This document shows positions 59,368 to 64,000 of a DNA stretch of 64,000 nt, in pieces. Source of the stretch: a candidate division WOR-3 bacterium (GTDB lineage: Bacteria > Hydrothermota > Tepidihabitantia > Tepidihabitantales > Tepidihabitantaceae); the NCBI GenBank assembly GCA_965649205.1, contig CBFGJV010000006.1, positions 1-64,000 on the forward strand, written 5' to 3'. A program made the position numbers and the translations under genes. The number at the start of each line of letters is the position of its first letter. The stretch's first letter is position 1. The notes beneath the pieces were generated by a model that saw only the letters and a program-made list of their open reading frames with translations, had not been told where the DNA came from and did no database searches.

Positions 59368-60465
59368 TTAATCTAAGCGAATCGGCATAAGTAGGAATAT
59401 TATCTCTCGCTCAGGGTTTTGCTCCTCCGGTTTCATCAAACCAGGAGCAAGTGGATTCTGGAGCTCGAGAACAAGCCGTTTCCCAGGCAGATGTCGCAAC
59501 GCCTCAAGTATATAACCAACATTGAAACCAATCCTTATCGGTTCTCCCTGGTACTCACACGGCATCTCTTCCTCACTTGAACCTACATCCGGCGTTTCAG
59601 CACTAACTCGTAGTTTATTTTGCGAAAACTCGAGAGTAACTGGTCTACCGAGCGGATTGACAAAAACGGCCGCACGCCTTACGCAAGCAAAGAAAGCGTC
59701 GTGCTCCAGCACAGCGCGCATAGGATATCCCTTTTGGGGCAGGACTCGTTCATAGTCAGGAAATGTCCCTTCCAAGGGGCGGCTGATGGCCAAAGTGTTC
59801 TCTGTGACAAAAGAAATCCTGCCCGGGTCCACTCGGAAGGTGGCCGTTTTTTGCTCTCGGGGCAAGAGTGCAAAGAATTTGGGGACAACCGTCGTCTTAA
59901 AGGTAGTAGTGAATTCTCCCTTGTGGTTGACAAAAGCGAGGCGATGGCCATCAGTAGCAACCATCCGCATTGAATTCTTATGCACTTCCCAATTCAATCC
60001 CGCCATGGCCGGACGAGACTCGTCTGTGGAAACGGCGAAAGACACAAAATCCACCATCTCCGTCAGGGTGGCGATTGACAGGTCAAGAGCCGCTGCCTCA
60101 GGTAATTTGGGCATTTCCGGAAACTCAGCCGGGTCCGGGCTTGCTAAAGTCGCCTTGCTATTGCCCGAGCGAAAATGCACGTTTGTATTCTTTGTCTGGC
60201 AGGTCACAGTTTCTCCCGCGAATTCGCGACACATTTCTGATAGTTTCCTGAAAGGAAGCAGACACTTGCCTTCTTCGGAGTCACCGGAAAGAACGAGTTG
60301 TTTCTGCACGAACGTGTCTAAATCAGTCCCAGAAATGTACAGCTTCCCGTCTGTGACTTCCAGCAGCACATTCTGCAGTACCTGATATACAGCTCGGGAA
60401 GGTATTACATTCCCAACCGCGGCCAACATTCCAGAAAGCAGGCTTCGTTCGATCTCAAAACGCAT
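59368..60465 (-). CDS. dnaN: DNA polymerase III subunit beta (sliding clamp)
   Basis: GTDL, VATDGHRL, FPDYERV-P, IGFN--Y, C-terminal LMPIR. Confidence 0.95.
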   Translation of the reverse strand: MRFEIERSLLSGMLAAVGNVIPSRAVYQVLQNVLLEVTDGKLYISGTDLDTFVQKQLVLSGDSEEGKCLLPFRKLSEMCREFAGETVTCQTKNTNVHFRSGNSKATLASPDPAEFPEMPKLPEAAALDLSIATLTEMVDFVSFAVSTDESRPAMAGLNWEVHKNSMRMVATDGHRLAFVNHKGEFTTTFKTTVVPKFFALLPREQKTATFRVDPGRISFVTENTLAISRPLEGTFPDYERVLPQKGYPMRAVLEHDAFFACVRRAAVFVNPLGRPVTLEFSQNKLRVSAETPDVGSSEEEMPCEYQGEPIRIGFNVGYILEALRHLPGKRLVLELQNPLAPGLMKPEEQNPEREIIFLLMPIRLD

Positions 60466-60822
60466 TCTGTCTCCTTTCGCAACGCTTAGTGAACTTCACC
60501 CAATACTACTATCGTAAACGCAGCCCAAGTCAAGCCCAGAACTCCGCCCGACTTACTATCCAGCGGTGCAAAACTGCACCTTACTGCCTAAGAGCCAACC
60601 GAGGCATCCTGTAGCCCTGCCTGATTGTTATGCCTTTTCTATGACGTACAATACACATTGAGCCGTTATCTCCCGTTGACTATTGTTGTCGCAATTGGAG
60701 TACTTTTGCTCCGCGCTGTGTCAGAAGTAGTACCTACTCTCGCTTGGGCAAGGTAATCGCGCGACTTCCTGACGTAATACCACTGGTCGCTACGCATTGA
60801 AAGCCAAGAGTTTGGACTAAGG

Positions 60823-60850
60823 TTGACTACCGTCCCCTCCTTTCTATAAT
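60823..60850 (+). promoter_or_regulatory. Sigma70-type promoter upstream of tRNA-Leu
   Basis: TTGACT-16 bp-TATAAT. Confidence 0.7.
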
Positions 60851-60915
60851 CCCTCAGTGACAGGAGACGATCGGGAACCTCTCGCGGGCTTCACGGTCGT
60901 GTTACCAACCGCTGA

Positions 60916-60997
60916 GCCGGGGTGGTGGAATTGGCAGACACGCTTGGTTGAGGGCCAAGTGCTTCACGGCATGCAGGTTCAAATCCTGTCCCCGGCA
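60916..60997 (+). tRNA. tRNA-Leu(GAG), CCA not encoded
   Basis: Acceptor GCCGGGG/CCCCGGC, anticodon stem CTTGG/CCAAG with loop TTGAGGG, long variable arm, T loop TTCAAAT. Confidence 0.95.
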
Positions 60998-61110
60998 TCC
61001 AGCCTCCAGAGGTGCTGTCAGAAACGCAGGCCTTCACTCCGTTGCGCTTCAACCGATAGAACTATTCGCAGACTCCCTTGCCGGACTACAAACCAATCAA
61101 GGAACCCAGC

Positions 61111-62313
61111 GTGAACCGGGTCACTATTCTACTATTGGACGGGGTCGGCTGCGGCGAAATGCCTGACGCTGCCAAGTATGGAGACGAAGGCTCCAATACA
61201 CTGGCCAACATCGCTTCAGCAGTCGGCGGTCTGCATCTTCCCAATCTCGCCACACTAGGCTTAGGCAACATAATCCCTGTACTGGGTGTGCCGGCACAAA
61301 CCTCACCGAGCGCCTGCTTTGGCAAGATGGCCGAAGCTTCGGCCGGCAAGGATTCGACCACAGGACACTGGGAAATAGCCGGTCTGATTACTGACCGGCC
61401 TTTTCCTGTTTTCCCACACGGTTTTCCGCCGGCCTTCATCAAGCAATTCGAACAAGCCATCGGCCGCGAGACTCTAGGTAACGTAGCAGCATCCGGTACA
61501 GAAATTATCAATCGTCTGGGGGCAGAGCATATCAGAACCGGAAAGCCTATCGTCTACACCTCGGCTGACAGCGTTTTTCAGATTGCCTGTCACGAAGAAG
61601 TAGTACCTGTTGGGGAACTATACCGTTACTGCGCAATAGCCCGCGAAATGCTCAAAGGTCCCTGGTGCGTAGGTCGCGTTATCGCCAGACCTTTCGTGGG
61701 CCGACCGGGCTCCTTTGTACGTACCCCGAGACGGAAAGACTTTTCGTGTCCTCCACCCAGGCCTACTTTGCTCGACCTCACAAAAGAAGCAGGAATGCCC
61801 GTGATTGCCATCGGTAAGGTGGACGACCTATTTGCAGGTCGCGGTTATACCCGGGCGTACCACCCCGTAAGTAATCAGGAGTGTGTCGACCTGACCCGGG
61901 AAGTATTGGCAAGTCTCGAAGCCGGATTGGTGTTCACCAATTTTGTCCAGTTTGATATGGACTGGGGCCACCGGAACGACATCGCCGCTTTTGCCGCCGG
62001 TCTGGAAGAGTTTGACAGAACCTTACCTGACATTTTGTCTCACTTAAGAAAAAACGACCTGCTCTTCATTACCGCTGATCACGGCAACGACCCAACAACG
62101 CCTTCAACCGATCATTCCCGCGAATACGTGCCTCTCCTGGTATACAGTCCGATTTTAAAAAGAGGAATACATCTGGGCACGCGTTCTACCTTCGCTGACC
62201 TGGGTCAAACTGCTGCCGAGTTTCTCGGCACAAAGCCTACCCCGTATGGCACCAGTTTTCTTAAAAAGATTTTGAATCAAGGAGCCCAACGTGAACACAA
62301 TTCTAACGGCTAG
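61111..62313 (+). CDS. deoB: Phosphopentomutase
   Basis: [54 protein letters not shown]. Confidence 0.95.
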   Translation: MNRVTILLLDGVGCGEMPDAAKYGDEGSNTLANIASAVGGLHLPNLATLGLGNIIPVLGVPAQTSPSACFGKMAEASAGKDSTTGHWEIAGLITDRPFPVFPHGFPPAFIKQFEQAIGRETLGNVAASGTEIINRLGAEHIRTGKPIVYTSADSVFQIACHEEVVPVGELYRYCAIAREMLKGPWCVGRVIARPFVGRPGSFVRTPRRKDFSCPPPRPTLLDLTKEAGMPVIAIGKVDDLFAGRGYTRAYHPVSNQECVDLTREVLASLEAGLVFTNFVQFDMDWGHRNDIAAFAAGLEEFDRTLPDILSHLRKNDLLFITADHGNDPTTPSTDHSREYVPLLVYSPILKRGIHLGTRSTFADLGQTAAEFLGTKPTPYGTSFLKKILNQGAQREHNSNG

Positions 62314-62695
62314 ATTATTGCGTGCTGCCTGTAGTGCTTCAAGCCGGGCATACGCACCCTATTCCGGATTCAAAGTAGGAGCCGCCCTTCTTGATGAAAA
62401 GGGGCGTGTACATGCAGGCTGTAATGTAGAAAATTCATCCTATGGCCTGACAATCTGTGCAGAACGGGCCGCTATATGCAAAGCCGTGTCTGCAGGCGCA
62501 AAACAGATAAGAGCCATTGCGGTCTATGCGCAGTCGCCGGTACTCACCTATCCTTGCGGCGCCTGTCTGCAGGTGATATTTGAGTTTGGCCCGCAGGCCG
62601 AAGTGATCCTATCCAACGGCACGCAGATAAGACAGTACTCTATGCCTAAACTGTTGCCTTGTGGTTTTCGCCTTGCCCCAGCCCGCAGCGAATAA
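62291..62695 (+). CDS. cdd: Cytidine deaminase (homotetrameric type)
   Basis: [27 protein letters not shown]. Confidence 0.95.
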   Translation: MNTILTARLLRAACSASSRAYAPYSGFKVGAALLDEKGRVHAGCNVENSSYGLTICAERAAICKAVSAGAKQIRAIAVYAQSPVLTYPCGACLQVIFEFGPQAEVILSNGTQIRQYSMPKLLPCGFRLAPARSE

Positions 62696-62718
62696 GGATT
62701 GCTTGGCGGTAGAATTTT

Positions 62719-63969
62719 TCAGTCTATTCTTTCCAGCCCGGACATATAAGGCCGCAGAACTGGGGGAATCAAAACTGAACCGTCAGCCTGCTGATAGTTC
62801 TCCAATATCGCCACAAAAATACGGGGCAAAGCCAGAGCGGAAGCGTTCAATGCGTGCGGATAGTAGGTAATGCCCTCATCGGTTCTGACTCTTATGTTCC
62901 CCCGTCGAGTCTGATAGTCCTCACAATTCGAAGCCGAAGAAACCTCCAACCACCGTGCCACGCCCGCCGCCCATACCTCCAAATCATACGTTTTGGCTGA
63001 TTGGAAAGCAATATCCCAAGCAGCCAGCCGCTTCACCCGATAGGGCAATCCCAAATCACGCAGAAGACTTTCTGCCTCTGAACGCATCTCTTCCAGTGCA
63101 GCATATGATTCTTCGGGTTTCACCAGGCGCACTATCTCCACTTTGTCAAACTGATGAATCCTTATCATCCCGCGTACGTCCTTGCCGTACGAACCGGCTT
63201 CGCGTCTGAAACAGGGAGTGTAAGCTACGTACTTCAGAGGCAGGTTTGCTTCTGGGATTGTCTGGCCACGATGATAACTCACCAGTTGCGGCTCAGCCGT
63301 AGGAATAAGATAGAAGCTGTCATCCCGCGTTGTATACATTTCTGTCTCCAAATGAGGTAACTGCCCAGCAGCTTCCAGCGTAACAACATTAGCCAGTACT
63401 GGCGGTGCAATCTCCGTATAACCATGACGTCTGACATTGACATCGAGAAAATAGTTGATGAGAGCTCGTTCCAGTAATGCCCCCTTGCCTCTGAACACCA
63501 CAAACCTGGAGCCAGACAACCGAGCTGCTGCTTCCAAGTCAATTATGTTCAGAGCTGCGCCCAAATCCCAATGTGCCAGCGGCTCGAAGCTGAAACTCGG
63601 CAATTCGCCCCATTCTCCCACAATTTCTTCCTCTGCCGTCACCGATTCATGTACTCGATTAGGAAGAGCCCTTACCATATTTTCCAGCTCCGCATCCAGG
63701 GCGGCCAGCTCGGTTTCCAACCGCTTTATCTCATCTGAAAGTTGTCGAGCCTCTGCCTGCATTTCTGCGCAATCCCTGCCGGCACGTCTTTCCTGAAAAA
63801 CTCGTTCCGATACCTGTTTTTGCTTATGACGCAATTCATCCCTTGTGGCCGATATTTTCCTCCGTTTTGCATCCAGCTCCAGCATACGGTCCAAGTCGTG
63901 CTTAAACCTGCGCAACTCCAGCATACGGCGGACTTCTTCCGGCCGTTCACGCACCAGTTTCAAATTCAT
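62719..63969 (-). CDS. serS: Serine--tRNA ligase
   Basis: N-terminal coiled coil, PTAE, FRREAGSYG, HQFDKVE, EVSSASN, ENYQ. Confidence 0.97.
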   Translation of the reverse strand: MNLKLVRERPEEVRRMLELRRFKHDLDRMLELDAKRRKISATRDELRHKQKQVSERVFQERRAGRDCAEMQAEARQLSDEIKRLETELAALDAELENMVRALPNRVHESVTAEEEIVGEWGELPSFSFEPLAHWDLGAALNIIDLEAAARLSGSRFVVFRGKGALLERALINYFLDVNVRRHGYTEIAPPVLANVVTLEAAGQLPHLETEMYTTRDDSFYLIPTAEPQLVSYHRGQTIPEANLPLKYVAYTPCFRREAGSYGKDVRGMIRIHQFDKVEIVRLVKPEESYAALEEMRSEAESLLRDLGLPYRVKRLAAWDIAFQSAKTYDLEVWAAGVARWLEVSSASNCEDYQTRRGNIRVRTDEGITYYPHALNASALALPRIFVAILENYQQADGSVLIPPVLRPYMSGLERID

Positions 63970-64000
63970 AGGGTATTCTATGAGACACTTCTTTTCTCGT

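Noticed and set aside
60466..60820. oriC upstream of dnaN
   Set aside because: No TTATCCACA-like box with fewer than about 3 mismatches and no AT-rich unwinding element found by eye.
1..64000. Mobile elements, prophage, selenocysteine or stop-codon recoding
   Set aside because: No transposase, integrase or phage genes, and the recognisable genes are full length under the standard code.

Overview
Gene-dense, mostly core-genome window from a diderm, probably anaerobic bacterium. It has LptD, MlaEFD, a TonB-dependent receptor, alpha-2-macroglobulin/PBP1C, a 2-oxoacid:ferredoxin oxidoreductase and an NrdG-type activase. The gene style suggests an FCB-associated candidate phylum such as WOR-3, which is inference only. 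It holds about 55 CDS (gap-pgk-tpiA, purB, purD, nadE, thyX, lipB-lpdA, dnaN, deoB-cdd, serS and others), tRNA-Arg(CCG) and tRNA-Leu(GAG). I found no CRISPR array, IS, prophage or rRNA. Most notable observations: (1) a 26-unit degenerate 12-bp periodic array (NNNCNRCYNNNN) between convergent genes, with a weaker second copy; (2) a four-gene DUF6754-type membrane complex of unknown function; (3) apparently widespread leaderless transcription, including two genes whose conserved N-termini need CTG or ATA starts; (4) a class II aldolase-SpoU methyltransferase fusion joined through a C11 tract; (5) a ~215-nt nested-helix RNA leader ahead of an acyl-CoA dehydrogenase-lpdA-lipB operon; (6) a TonB receptor plus ThuA/Gfo-Idh-MocA redox sugar-catabolism operon with no glycoside hydrolase. 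All calls come from reading motifs by eye; no database searches were run.
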